DNA of 63,889 bases, filler included, from Thraustochytrium aureum (Eukaryota): the NCBI GenBank assembly GCA_012862495.1. It is 7 parts of 4 records of this genome, joined end to end, with 100 filler letters (N's around TTAATTAATTAA, not from the genome) between each part and the next. Parts side by side here need not be neighbours in the genome. Positions count along the whole stretch, not along the records: positions 21,996 to 43,308 come from BLSG01000391.1; positions 43,409 to 56,154 come from BLSG01000391.1; 5 more parts are not named here. One strand, given 5' to 3'. Shown piece by piece: positions 31,632 to 43,410 of this stretch. The notes under the pieces were generated by a model. The model had not been told where the DNA came from. It did no database searches and saw nothing but the letters and a program-made list of their open reading frames with translations. Position 1 is the stretch's first letter. Each line of letters begins with the position of its first letter. The translations under genes and the position numbers were made by a program.

Positions 31632-33492
31632 ATGCGCAAGTCGCTGAGCAAGCTCGCCAAGCGCGTCAGCCGGCGCGGCAGCAAGCGCGCCGACGAAGAC
31701 GAGGGCAAGGACCTGAGCAACGACGTCGTGCGATACCAGAGCGTCGCGCTGTGCGAGCTCGTCAAGCTGCGCGATGGCGTGCTCGAGGGCACGGACGCCC
31801 CCGGTGTCAATCTCTTGGTGCTCACGCGCGNNNNNNNNNNNNNNNNNNNNNNNNNNNNNNNNNNNNNNNNNNNNNNNNNNNNNNNNNNNNNNNNNNNNNN
31901 NNNNNNNNNNNNNNNNNNNNNNNNNNNNNNNNNNNNNNNNNNNNNNNNNNNNNNNNNNNNNNNNNNNNNNNNNNNNNNNNNNNNNNNNNNNNNNNNNNNN
32001 NNNNNNNNNNNNNNNNNNNNNNNNNNNNNNNNNNNNNNNNNNNNNNNNNNNNNNNNNNNNNNNNNNNNNNNNNNNNNNNNNNNNNNNNNNNNNNNNNNNN
32101 NNNNNNNNNNNNNNNNNNNNNNNNNNNNNNNNNNNNNNNNNNNNNNNNNNNNNNNNNNNNNNNNNNNNNNNNNNNNNNNNNNNNNNNNNNNNNNNNNNNN
32201 NNNNNNNNNNNNNNNNNNNNNNNNNNNNNNNNNNNNNNNNNNNNNNNNNNNNNNNNNNNNNNNNNNNNNNNNNNNNNNNNNNNNNNNNNNNNNNNNNNNN
32301 NNNNNNNNNNNNNNNNNNNNNNNNNNNNNNNNNNNNNNNNNNNNNNNNNNNNNNNNNNNNNNNNNNNNNNNNNNNNNNNNNNNNNNNNNNNNNNNNNNNN
32401 NNNNNNNNNNNNNNNNNNNNNNNNNNNNNNNNNNNNNNNNNNNNNNNNNNNNNNNNNNNNNNNNNNNNNNNNNNNNNNNNNNNNNNNNNNNNNNNNNNNN
32501 NNNNNNNNNNNNNNNNNNNNNNNNNNNNNNNNNNNNNNNNNNNNNNNNNNNNNNNNNNNNNNNNNNNNNNNNNNNNNNNNNNNNNNNNNNNNNNNNNNNN
32601 NNNNNNNNNNNNNNNNNNNNNNNNNNNNNNNNNNNNNNNNNNNNNNNNNNNNNNNNNNNNNNNNNNNNNNNNNNNNNNNNNTGGAAACGATGAAGAGGAC
32701 CTGGCGAGCGTGCTGAACGGAGTGGGGCTTGTGTTGCTTGATCACGGCGACTACGATCTGGCCTTGACGTTTCTCCGCGAGGCGCTGGCCATCGGCGAAA
32801 AGACGCTCGGGGCGAACCACCCAAACGTGGCCACTCGTCTCAACAACATCGGCGAGGTGTACAGGGCGCAAGGCAAGTACGAAGAGGCGCTGCGGCAATA
32901 CGAGCAGGCGCTGGCCATTGACCGAACAGCCTACGGGGAGAACCACCCGAAGGTGGCCACTCGTCTCAACAACATTGGCGAGGTGTACCGTGCGCAGGGC
33001 AAGTACGACGAGGCGCTCCGGCACTACGAGCAGGCTTTGGCCATCGGCAAAAAGACACTCGGGGAGGACCACCCGAAGGTGGCCACTCGTCACAACAACA
33101 TCGGCATGGTGTACAACGCGCAGGGCAAGTACGACGAGGCGCTGCGGCACTACCAGCAAGCGCTGGCCATCGACAGAAGGACGCTCGGGGAGAGCCAACC
33201 GAACGTGGCCGCACGTTTCAACAGGATTGGCGGCGTGTACCAAGCTCAGGGCAAGTACGACGAGGCGCTGCGGCACTACCAGCAGGCGCTGGCCATTGAC
33301 AGAAAATCCTACGGGGAGAACCACCCGAACGTTGCAAATTATCTCAGCAACATCGCCTCGGTGTACGCCGAGCTAGGCAACAAGGAGAAGGCGCGCGCGT
33401 TCGTCTCCCAGGCGCTGGCGATCAAAACAGCTGTGCTGGGCAGCGACCACCCCGACACAAAAGACACCCAATCCTGGCTCGACGGCCTCTAA
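31632..33492 (+). CDS. TPR protein with 42-aa kinesin-light-chain/NPHP3-type repeats; most of the N-terminal domain lies in a gap (31831-32681)
   Basis: Repeats HPxVATRLNNIGEVYRAQGKYDEALRHYxQALAI in 32682-33492. The putative start MRKSLSKLAKR at 31632 is linked across the gap by inference. Confidence 0.85.
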
Positions 33493-34522
33493 CAAACAAA
33501 TCGACCCCTTACAAACCGCACGCCACAACTTGAGAGATCAGCAGCTCTGCGGAGAGCGAAGTTGCAGGATCGGTTCGCGGGCTATGCAGGTTTGGCTTGC
33601 TATTCGTGCTATATATATATTCGTGTCGGCGTTCTTCCCGTGTCGGGTTGCCCGTATTTTGTTTTGTAGTCCTTGCCACGGTGCTCCGCGTGGGTAGGAT
33701 AGTGCTTGCCGTGGCGAGACTGCCCATTGAGCGGTTGCGTGGACGGGCGGGCACTTTGACCTGATCTTTGTTGAGCTGGGCGGCAGGACAGGCCCAATGC
33801 GCCCGAGCTCCTGGTCCGGCGCAGTCAGCGCGGCGGTTGGACTGGCTCCATGCGCCGTGGCTGCCATTTGCTACGGGCAGCGGGGCGGCGAAGCGGACCG
33901 AAACGAGGCGAAACAGCAAGACGTTTAGCAGGTGGAGGGTCTCCAGTTTTTTTCTCCGCCAGATTGGCCCCTGCCGGTCAGCAACGGACGGTTCGAGCCG
34001 ACACCTGAAGGCCCTCTTCAAGCTTGTGGTTGTGGGCTCTGGACGGCTCTTCTCGCGTCCGCTGACGCCCCGTCTGCCGTCATTTTGGTGAATTTCTTGC
34101 TGTTCGAGTTGTCGCGACCAGCAGCAAGGCACTCGCAGGCAGACTCCGCCCAAGGAAGCATGGCCCGGCCTTCACCGCGGCTGAGTCAGGCCCTGCATGC
34201 TGGGTCGCCACGCGAGGAGACGAGTTGCGCATCGTGGTTTTCCCCGCCGCAGGAGCCCTTCTCTGCCGAGCGCATCAGGCCAAAGTACCAAAAGTGCCTC
34301 ATTAAGGTGGCAGAGTCGTATTCTTGCCAATCCAGGAGACAAAGTACCTTAGAGTCTACACACGTCTGTGGCCGATTGCGAAAAGCCTGCCCCGTTGCAG
34401 TACGGTACTGGCGAGCGTGCAGGTCGCGACACAGGCCGCAGACACGCATCGCGAGGAAGGTTTGGGCACGACGCAGTCCCGCAGCAGCACCCAACGCAAC
34501 ACTGTACCCGCTGCCTTGTAGA

Positions 34523-35752
34523 ATGATGCCTGAGCAAGCAGGGTTTGAGACTGTGGTGCCGGCCAAGGCGCTGGCCGGCACGCAAGTCAACGTGAAGGGG
34601 TTTTCGGTCCTGGAGCAGACGGAGCCGACCAAGTTCCGGAGGGCGGACGACAAGGGCGGGGCCAGCGTGTGGCTCGGATGCTTCTTGGTGGGCATCAACG
34701 AAGTGCAGAGCGTCTCGCAGACGTTCAAAGCGACTTTTCAGCTCAACATGGAGTGGACACCGACCTTGCGCGAGCTCAAGGAGTGGCTTGCCGACCCGAT
34801 CGGGTTTGCGCCGGCGAGCGAGCCGCGGCTCAAGTTCTTTGATGCCATCGAAGTCGTGCTCGCCGAGGCAGAAAAGTACGGCAACGGGTTTGAGGTCGCA
34901 TACTACACTCGCCTCGACGAGGGGGGGGCGCCCGTGGCCACCTTCCAGAAGGCGAGCGTGTACACGATGCTGTTTGCCCAGCCTTTCTCGCTGCGCATGT
35001 TTCCGTTCGACTCGCAGAGTCTGGCGATTCGCGTCTACCCGATGTACGAGTTTTACGGGGAGCAGATTGTCGCCCAGCCCCGCGTTGGCGACGACGGGTG
35101 CATCGGCACGAGCCTCATGAAGCGCGAGATGGTCGATTGGGAGATCCAATCCGTGCGCGCCGAGGCGGTCGTCGCTGGCGCGCTGAGGGGCATGAGCTTT
35201 GAGGTGTGCGTGCGTCGCAAGTGGCAGTTTTACGTGACGCACGTGGTCACGGTCGAGATCATCATCACGCTGTTCGCCTTTCTGGTGTTCCCCATGGACC
35301 CGGTAGACTCGTTCGGCGACCGCATTAGCCACCTTGTGACGCTACTCCTGACGGCTGTGGCCTTCCAGTTTGTCGTCTCGTCGTACTTGCCAGCGCTCCC
35401 GTACTGGACGCTCATGGACTGGTACGTCCAGGGGTCGCTGGCCTTTCTGGCCTTGGTTTCTGCGCTGGCGCTTGGCGCCAACCGCGAGCCGGAGCGCGAC
35501 GAGACGGGCCTCTACATCGCTGGCGCGGTCTGGGCTGGCTACACGAGCTTGTTCATCGTTGCCTGCGTCGTTGCGCTTGCTGCGACGTGGGCCTCACTTC
35601 CTGCTGCCTCCTCGGTTTGTGTTTGCTCGGCGTCGGGAGGCATCGCAATGCCAAGCGAAAAGGCGCAGGCCGCGCGCAGGCAGAAAGGGGTCTATGTCAT
35701 TGGCGACCCGACGGGCGCAGGCGTCGACTCTTTTGCGGCCCTCGGGGCCTGA
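34523..35752 (+). CDS. Pentameric ligand-gated ion channel, Cys-less (Pro-loop, GLIC/ELIC-like)
   Basis: INEVQSVSQTFKATFQLNMEW, loop FSLRMFPFDSQ without cysteines, RRKWQFYV pre-M1, M2 GDRISHLVTLLLTAVAFQF, LPALPYWTLMD, four TM segments. Confidence 0.9.
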   Translation: MMPEQAGFETVVPAKALAGTQVNVKGFSVLEQTEPTKFRRADDKGGASVWLGCFLVGINEVQSVSQTFKATFQLNMEWTPTLRELKEWLADPIGFAPASEPRLKFFDAIEVVLAEAEKYGNGFEVAYYTRLDEGGAPVATFQKASVYTMLFAQPFSLRMFPFDSQSLAIRVYPMYEFYGEQIVAQPRVGDDGCIGTSLMKREMVDWEIQSVRAEAVVAGALRGMSFEVCVRRKWQFYVTHVVTVEIIITLFAFLVFPMDPVDSFGDRISHLVTLLLTAVAFQFVVSSYLPALPYWTLMDWYVQGSLAFLALVSALALGANREPERDETGLYIAGAVWAGYTSLFIVACVVALAATWASLPAASSVCVCSASGGIAMPSEKAQAARRQKGVYVIGDPTGAGVDSFAALGA

Positions 35753-36002
35753 CGTGCAAGACTCATTGGCACCAGAGCCTCACGCGCGACAACGACAACG
35801 AAGGCTGCAACTAGCTCGCGTCCGGAAAGCGGACCGCAGAGGGGCAGCCCGGACCGCACTGGCTCCTCGAATCCCAAAAGAAATTCTACAACCAACTTGC
35901 TAAAACGTGTGGCATAGGTCGTCGCAGGTGACGCGCACCTGTGCACCTGCCCGTCAGTGCTCAGGTTGTGGCGGGCCCGGGGTCTTGGCCCTCTTCGGGG
36001 GT

Positions 36003-37416
36003 CTAGATCGTCTCGGCCTGAAGGCTGGCGCGGTACAGCACGATCTCGTGCGTGTTCCAGACGTTGTTGCCATCGCTAGTCTTGCCCACAAGCCGCACAA
36101 AGTACCGCACCGACAGCGCCTCGTCGGTGATCTGGGGCTCAACTCGACGCCGTTCTCCGCCTTGACAAGCGGGACCTCAACCCTCAGCTCGCGCACAGGC
36201 GGCGGCCCAGATGGCGCCACGGCCGACGCTTCGCTGCCAGCAGGCGGAGGGGCGGGCGGAGCGGCGCCGTCCGCCGCTGGTGCAACGGCGGACGCAGACT
36301 CGCTGTCGGCGGGCGCAGCGGACCGCATCGGCGCTGGCGGACGCCGACTCGCTGCCCTGCGCGGCGTTGGCCCGGTCACCATAGCCCAGGTCGACGTCGT
36401 GCACGATGACGACGACCTCGTTAGAGTCGCCGTCGCCCGACTCGATCTTGTAGATCACCACCTCGAGCTGCTCGACGCGCGCGCCGCTTGCGACCGCGCC
36501 CTCAACGGCGCCCTCCAGGTAGTCTGGCGGGCCGCCCCCCAGAAAGATGGTGCCCTTAAAGCTCGCGCCCAGGTTGAGGCACGACCTCTCGTATTGCATT
36601 ACGAGACCCTCTGCGGCGTCGACGACACGCAGGCGATGCTGCGGCAACTCGTCCTCGAGGGCCGCCGGCGCCGCGGCACTCGAGCCCGGCTCGCCCGATT
36701 GGTCTTGCTGCCGCTGCTGCTGCTGCATTTGCCGAAGGATGATGTCGTCGTCGATGATGTGTTCCTCCACTGCGGGCGCAGCTTCGATCTTGTGCACCGC
36801 GAGTGCCAGATTGCGCAGCACGTCAAACGTCCACCACGGGCGCGACACCGTCACCAGGATCGAGTGGCGGACGCAAAACATCTCACCGTCGTACGTCTCG
36901 AGGAACTGGGCCGCGACCGACGTGAGGTCAATCTCAAACGGGACCACGGTCTCCCCTGAGAGGTACCCCGGCTTGATCAGCATGTTCTCGAACGCGGTGC
37001 TCTCCTTTGTGGACAGCGTCTCGAAGAACGAAACGTTCCAGTCCAGCTGGAGGACGACGCCGTTGTGCCACACCGAGCAGCCCGGGGGCGCTTTGATCGT
37101 CACGTTGCCGCACAGCGTCTCCTCTGACGACACGAGCTGTGGTGCTCGCTGCGTCAGCGCGACCCGCGCAAGAGGCTCGGTCACCCCGCCCAGGACTTAC
37201 CGGGCACTTTTCCTGAAACAGCAGGCTGTGGCAGTTCACCATGCGGTCGCCGTCCACGGTGATCTCGACGGTGAAGACGTCATTGAACCACCCGGGCCCG
37301 CCTACGCATTCCCGCGGGCATGCGCCACGTCAGNNNNNNNNNNNNNNTTCCAAGGGCCCGCCGCGCGCCAGCGCACCCGCGCCCGTCGCGCACTCACCGA
37401 GGTTGATGATGCTCAT
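36003..37416 (-). CDS. VPS26-like arrestin-fold retromer-type subunit; exons 37416-37398, 37301-37201, 37137-36003, with an apparent pair of compensating frameshifts (~36325 and ~36133)
   Basis: Two GT-AG introns with CTGAC branch sites. ETLCGNVTI..WHNGV, PGYL...ETYDGEMFCVRH, and the C-terminal LSVRYFVRL...WNTHEIVLYR match VPS26 family motifs. Confidence 0.75.
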
Positions 37417-38890
37417 CGTCGTCGAGCGCCGCGCCAAGTCCACGTCCTCGCAAGCGCGTTGCCGTAAGCCCGAACGGTCTATCCTTGCGCACGGCGCGGC
37501 TCGTTCAGGGTCTGCCTGCGCCCGCACTTTGTCCTCCATGGCCGCGCCCGATGCCGATCCCGGCCGATCTCTCCAGGCGGCGCGCAGCGGAGCGGGCCGG
37601 CCGGCTGGCTGGCAGCAGGCGATGGACGGCTGGTACGCTGAGGGGCCGGGCTGCGGCGAGGGCCTGCGCATGGCGCATTGCGGGGCGCAGGATGCGCCGA
37701 TGTAGGCGGGACGTGCTGGAGCTCAAGATGCGCCGGCACTGCGACGGCCATGGCGCGCCCTGGGCGGCGCGGCGCGCGGGCCGTCGGGTGATGCTTTGCG
37801 AGGGCCACGCCGGCGCGCCGCGTGGATGTCATGGGCTTTGTTGGTGTTTTTTTGGGGGGCGGGGAACGGCGAGTTGCGCTCGCTGGCCTCCTTATGTACT
37901 TGGATATGCGCGCGCCGCTCGAGGAGGACCGCGCGCCCGGCCTTGCGGGCTGTGGCACACGGCGGGGCCTCATTGAAAGGAGGAGCACGCCGGCCCGTGG
38001 GGACTGCGCGACGGCTTTTCTTGGGAGATAGGTTTGGAAGCTGTGTCCTGCGTGGCTCCGCGGGCCGAAACGTCGGCGCAGGCCGCGCGTGGCGGCCTGC
38101 CCTTCGCATCTGTGCACACCATCGCCTAGACCAGCCCGGTCGTGTCGCTCGATATCCCCTGGCTGCCCAGCCGATCGAGTACGCTGCCTCCTGAGCACCA
38201 ACGTCACGCTTCTCGGGACGGTGCAGGTACACAACCCCGTCTCCACTACACCTTGCCCTGCTCGAGGGAGGCGCACGCCAAGCTGGCGTGCCGCAAGCCC
38301 CGGCGCCACCCCCCTCCCGCGGCGAGTTGCGTTGCCAAGGCCGCCGGCGACCCGCGCCACCGCGGACGGCCGGCGCCGCCTTCGTGGAGGTCACACGCAA
38401 GCGCTGGCCAATGAAAGCGCGCATCGCAGCGCGCTGCCCAGAGTCGAGCGATGCGATCTCGGTCGTCGACCTCCAGATGCTCGCCGCGCTGGCGGGCATC
38501 AGGAAGACAGACATCAGCGAGCATCGACATCGTCTGCCACTCCACTTCATCACCGAGGACGCAAGGTGAAGGAACAGGACGAAAGACGTCGTCAACGGCA
38601 ACGCGCAGCCGTTGTGGGCTCCTTCCCTCCGACGTGGACAAGGCCCAAAAGCACCGCGCACGCACGTGGCAGGTCCGAGCAGGGCAGCTTTCGGCGAGCG
38701 CGTCCTGGCAGCCTTGTCTTGCGCGCTTTGCCTGGGCTCGGCTGTTGTGGTGCTTGGTTTGGCGGGATCTACCCAAGCGGCGGCTCCTTTCTTTCCGCGC
38801 CACGGCCAAGCGGAGCTGAAGAGGTGCGGCGGAGACCGCGGGCCAGAGAGCTTGCGCCTGCGCGCGAGGGAGCGCGATCTCGCCCTGTTC

Positions 38891-41800
38891 ATGTCGCGGC
38901 GGGTGCTCGCTGATGAGGGTAGCGAGCCCCAGGCAGAGTCGGTGCTGGGCACGGCCCCGCTAGGGTCTGGACGCAAGGTAGTACCGTACGATGCCGTTCC
39001 CACTGCAGAGGGCCACAAGGTTGTCCCGGGAGACGAAATACCGGTAGTCACGGCGCAGCGCGTCCATCGAACGGGCGACGCGCCGATGGTTGGAGCAAAC
39101 AAGGTCGTCCAAGGCGGGGCCGTCCCAGTCCTCCAAGGCCACCGCGTTGCCGGGGCTTTGGAGGCCGACAACGTTCCAGTTCTTCGTGCCCAAAAGGTGC
39201 ACTCTAGGAAGCGAATTTCCATTCGGCAGGCGAAATTGCGAGCCGACTTTCTCCCCGAGGACGAAACGCTCAAGTCACGGGCGCGCAAACACGTGGTGGA
39301 GAAGTGGACGCTGACGTACCTCGTCGCATGCCTCTGCGGCATTGCTCTGCTCTCCCTCGGCCTCATTGCGCTTGGGGGGATGGCGAGTCCTGCGGCGGCT
39401 GGCGCTGTTGCATTGGTGGCCGGCTTGCTGGTCTTTCTCTCGACGCTGCTCGGCCTCGCCGGCTGCCGACGCGTCGTGCAGGACGTCAAAGTAGACGACG
39501 ATGGCCTTGAGACACCAGGACAGCGCATGCTTCAGGGCTACTTTCACGTTGCCTTGGGGTTTTTGCTTCTGTTCACGCCACTCGCGGTGGCGCTGTGCCG
39601 CGACCCAACCGGCTTTGAGGGCGACGCGCTCAACACACTTCGATCCAGTGACTCGGAACTTCTCCTTGAGGAGATGGAGCGATACTTGTACGCCGCGGGA
39701 GTGATCGCCATTTTCATCTCACTCACAATAGCGGGCTCGTTGTTTCTCGTTGTGCAAGTGGTCACCTTGTACGAGATCGCGCAGAGCTTTCTGGAAACCT
39801 TTGCGGCAACGATGGGCATCATCTGTGTTGCGCTGGTATTTGTGCTCCTGGCACTGTACAAGCAGACCTCCTTCATCTCGGCGAGCGCGAGCCTGGCAGA
39901 CCAGTCCTCAGCGCTCGACTCTGCAATACTGTGGTGCTTGGCATGCGCAGTCCTCATGTCGGGTCTTTGCGTAGTCGGCTTTGCGGCCGCCTGGTTCGAG
40001 AACCAGCGCCTCCTCAAGGCGCACGCAGCGGGCCTCAGCGTCCTGAGCTTGGTCATTCTTGTCCTCGGCTGCGTGATCGCGACCCTCGACAAGGCGTCCT
40101 ACGTGGAGGCTAGGTGCTATGAGATTGCAAAGACAATGTCGGCGACTTGGTGGAGCGAAGTTGTCAGCTGCACAAAGTACGGGGGCACCTCAATTGGGGC
40201 CCTCGTCGAGACCGTCGATCCCAGCACAGGGACGTGGCACTATCTCATTGACGGCGTCGGCCTCGCGGCGCGCTGTCCGGAGCCGGCGCAGTTCGCGCTC
40301 GCGTGGGAGTATGGCCCCATTCAGCACGAGATCCGCGCCTCTGCACAAGTTACAGACAACTTTACCGCCGGCCTTGGAGGCTCCGTGCGGTCCATAGACC
40401 CTGTCGGATGCCTCGACCGAACGTGTTGCGCGGCTCTCGTCGAGTATCTCAGCTCGTTCGAGGCGATGTTCGCCTTTGCCTTTACTTTGTTGCTGCTCTG
40501 TGCAGCAACGGCGGTTCGAGCAGATATCTGGCTGTGCCGTGCGACGACAGCAGACTCGACACGAGTCAAGACCTTGACAACCGCACGAGCAAAGACCATT
40601 TTGCTTGCGAGCGGGGCTGCGACGCTTTTGGCGCTCCTGATATTTCTCGTGAGCTTTGCTTCGGGGGGACTGTTGGGAAGGGGTGCGGACGACGCGGTCT
40701 CCCTTGACGACCTCTTAAGCCGTGTCAACAAGAGCGTGACGCACGACCTCTCGCCAGATGTCCCCGGAGGAGGTTGGCTGCATAGTTGCAGGAATCACAT
40801 CATGGATGGCGCAGAGACCGACATCGACTGTGGCGGCGATCCTGGCACAGGCGGCTGCGCGCAGGACCAGCGATGTCTTGCCGGCCGCGGCTGCCTAACG
40901 GACGCCGACTGCCAGAGCGGGCTGTACTGCGACGCGACGTTTAAGATCTGCGGCCATCCCACAGCGGAGCAGCGTTGCGCTAACGGGAGGCGCGACGCTT
41001 TGGAGACGGACGTCGATTGCGGGGGGGCTTCCGAGTGCAACAGGTGTCTCGATGGAGCACATTGCTTGGCCGACTCGGATTGCCTAAACGGAGACTGCAG
41101 GTCTGGCACGTGCATTAGCTGCCTGGACGGCAAGTTGAACGGGGACGAGACTGACCTCGACTGCGGCTCGAGGGCCTGCGCGCGCCAGCGCTTTGCGCAA
41201 TCCCTAAACGCCTCTGCAGCCGTCTATTTAGAACAGGGTGAAAGCGCAGAAGTCGGCAGTTTGCTTGCCATGGTGGCCGGGAGCCGCGCAGGACCAAACG
41301 GCCTGTGCGTTGATGGCTCGCAGTGCGTGACTGGCGGCAACTGCGAGAGCGGCTGGTGTTTCCTTAACACGTGCGCGTCGTGCGACAACGGACGCAGAGA
41401 CGGGGACGAAGTTGGTGTCGACTGCGGTGGGACCAACTGCGCTGCTCGGTGCGGCGCCGGCGATGATTGCGCCACTGACAACGATTGCCAAGTTGGCACT
41501 GTGTGCGACTTGGGGACCTACAAGTGCGTTTTGAACGAGGAGCTGAACTGCACGCTCGATGGCGATCGCTCGGGCTTTGAAACGGACATTGACTGCGGCG
41601 GGACGCAGACGAATTGCCCGCGATGCCCTGTTGGCGGAGGATGCAAGCTTGACTCGGACTGCGAAAGTGGCACCTGCTTTCCTGGGGACGGATCAGAAGG
41701 TTCTTGTGTCAGCTGCTACAACGGAGTGCAAGACGGTGGAGAAACTGGCGTTGACTGTGGAGGGCCAAAGTGTAACGAACGCTGTGCCTCTGGCGGGGGA

Positions 41801-43308
41801 TGTGCTTCAACGGCCGACTGCAGCACGGGGCTTTTCTGCTGGACGCAGGCGCAGGTCGAGGCCTGTGTGTCGCACTACTACACGGTGTACGGCAGGACAG
41901 TCAACTCGACAGAAGCGTTTGCAGAGCTTGGTGCCAACATTCCTGATGTCGGGACTTGCCAGATCCCGTTCCCAATCCAAGCCAGGCCAACACAGGTCAC
42001 CACCCCTATTTCCATTCCTGTCTCGTTCGCCGCGCTCTTTGACAGCAATATCTTTCAGGGGCCCATAGTCTCGCAGCAGCGGCGGCGGCAGCGCCGGCTT
42101 AGTGTTATTTCACAGAATCAGGCGTTGTGGCCGGGCTCGGCGGTCACAGTCGAGTCTGACGCATGGCCTTTCCTGTGCACGCTGACGATCGACAGCGAGA
42201 TCGTCAGCGGGGGCACGTTTAGCGTTGTGGAGGACAACGGGGCGCAGATTGACATTCAGGAGACCACGACTGGGCAAACCATCAAAATCAGCATGTTTCA
42301 CCAGGACCGGTTCCCGCAAGTCAACGTCATTTCGACGACGTGCGAACCCAGCGAGACGCCCCAGCTCACGACTAGATGGACTGTGGGGAACGACTGCCAG
42401 TTTCTCGCCGTGCAGCCCGAGCTCTCGTTCGGGTTGACCAACGTGTTTGAGCACCAAAGCACGGGCGTAATGGGAGCAGTATACCCCGCAGTGTGCTTGG
42501 AGGCCTTTTCTGACCCCGATTGCGTCGCTTTAACTCAAGTCTCAGTCTCGTTGAGAGCCTTTCAAGCATGGTCGTGCGTAGCGCGCCAAGATCGAGCCGA
42601 CGACTCGGCCTGCGTTTGCGCACCCTTCCAAACAGAAGGCCAGTGCACTGTGCATGACCAGTGCTGCTCCTGGCAACGCTCGCCCGATGTCGCGGTATCA
42701 GATTGCATTCAAGACGAGGTGACTGGATCTACGTTTGATCCGTTTGGGATTTTCGTCATCAGCTGGCCCGAGCGTTTCTCCACGCCTCCCGCCAGCAGGA
42801 CGTACCAAGTCATTCTCCAATTCGCCCGAGAGGGTTACTTGAACACAACGGTGACCGCTTCGGTGACAATTGGCGGCTCGTTGCACCTCAATCGCATCTA
42901 CATGGTTCCAGAGCCCGGCGATGTTGTGCTGCTCCCGACGACCTCCCCGTCGCGATACCCGACAAGTGCACCAACCTTTGCAACGCTATCGCCGACGGGA
43001 ACTCCGTCGCTCTCCCCGACGCTCGCCCCCTCTGAGAGCCCAACGCTCCCAACAGCGCACCCGACTCATAGCCCAACGCCAGACTGCTCCGAGCTCGGCG
43101 ACAATCCAAGGCAGATGGGAGTCCGCACACCGTGCTGCGGGGAATTGATAGAGTGTCCCTTCGACTGGGGCAACGACGGCGACGTATACTTGCGTTGTGC
43201 AGAACAATCCGCTTGCGTTCGCGGCTTGCTCACCGATGCACCAACTAAAGCGCCCACGGAAGCTCCAACTCTCCAGCCAACGCCGCCAACGACACAATCA
43301 CCTAGTGA
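38891..43308 (+). CDS. Large polytopic membrane protein: two tetraspanin-like 4-TM units, a ninth TM, six ETDxDCGG Cys-rich repeats and PT-rich stalks; 3'-truncated
   Basis: Uninterrupted ORF of more than 1470 aa. Nine hydrophobic segments in 39310-40680; repeats [17 protein letters not shown] in 40785-41845; TSAPT/TKAPT/TEAPT repeats after 42935. Confidence 0.8.
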
Positions 43309-43410
43309 NNNNNNNNNNNNNNNNNNNNNNNNNNNNNNNNNNNNNNNNNNNNTTAATTAATTAANNNNNNNNNNNNNNNNNNNNNNNNNNNNNNNNNNNN
43401 NNNNNNNNAC

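Noticed and set aside
36177..36179. TGA recoding (selenocysteine or readthrough) in the VPS26-like gene
   Set aside because: The surrounding in-frame translation is implausible (Arg/Cys-rich) while the shifted frame is natural, and other genes here use TGA as a normal stop.
37720..38600. Short ORFs between the VPS26-like and tetraspanin-like genes
   Set aside because: No consistent frame, motif or splice model.
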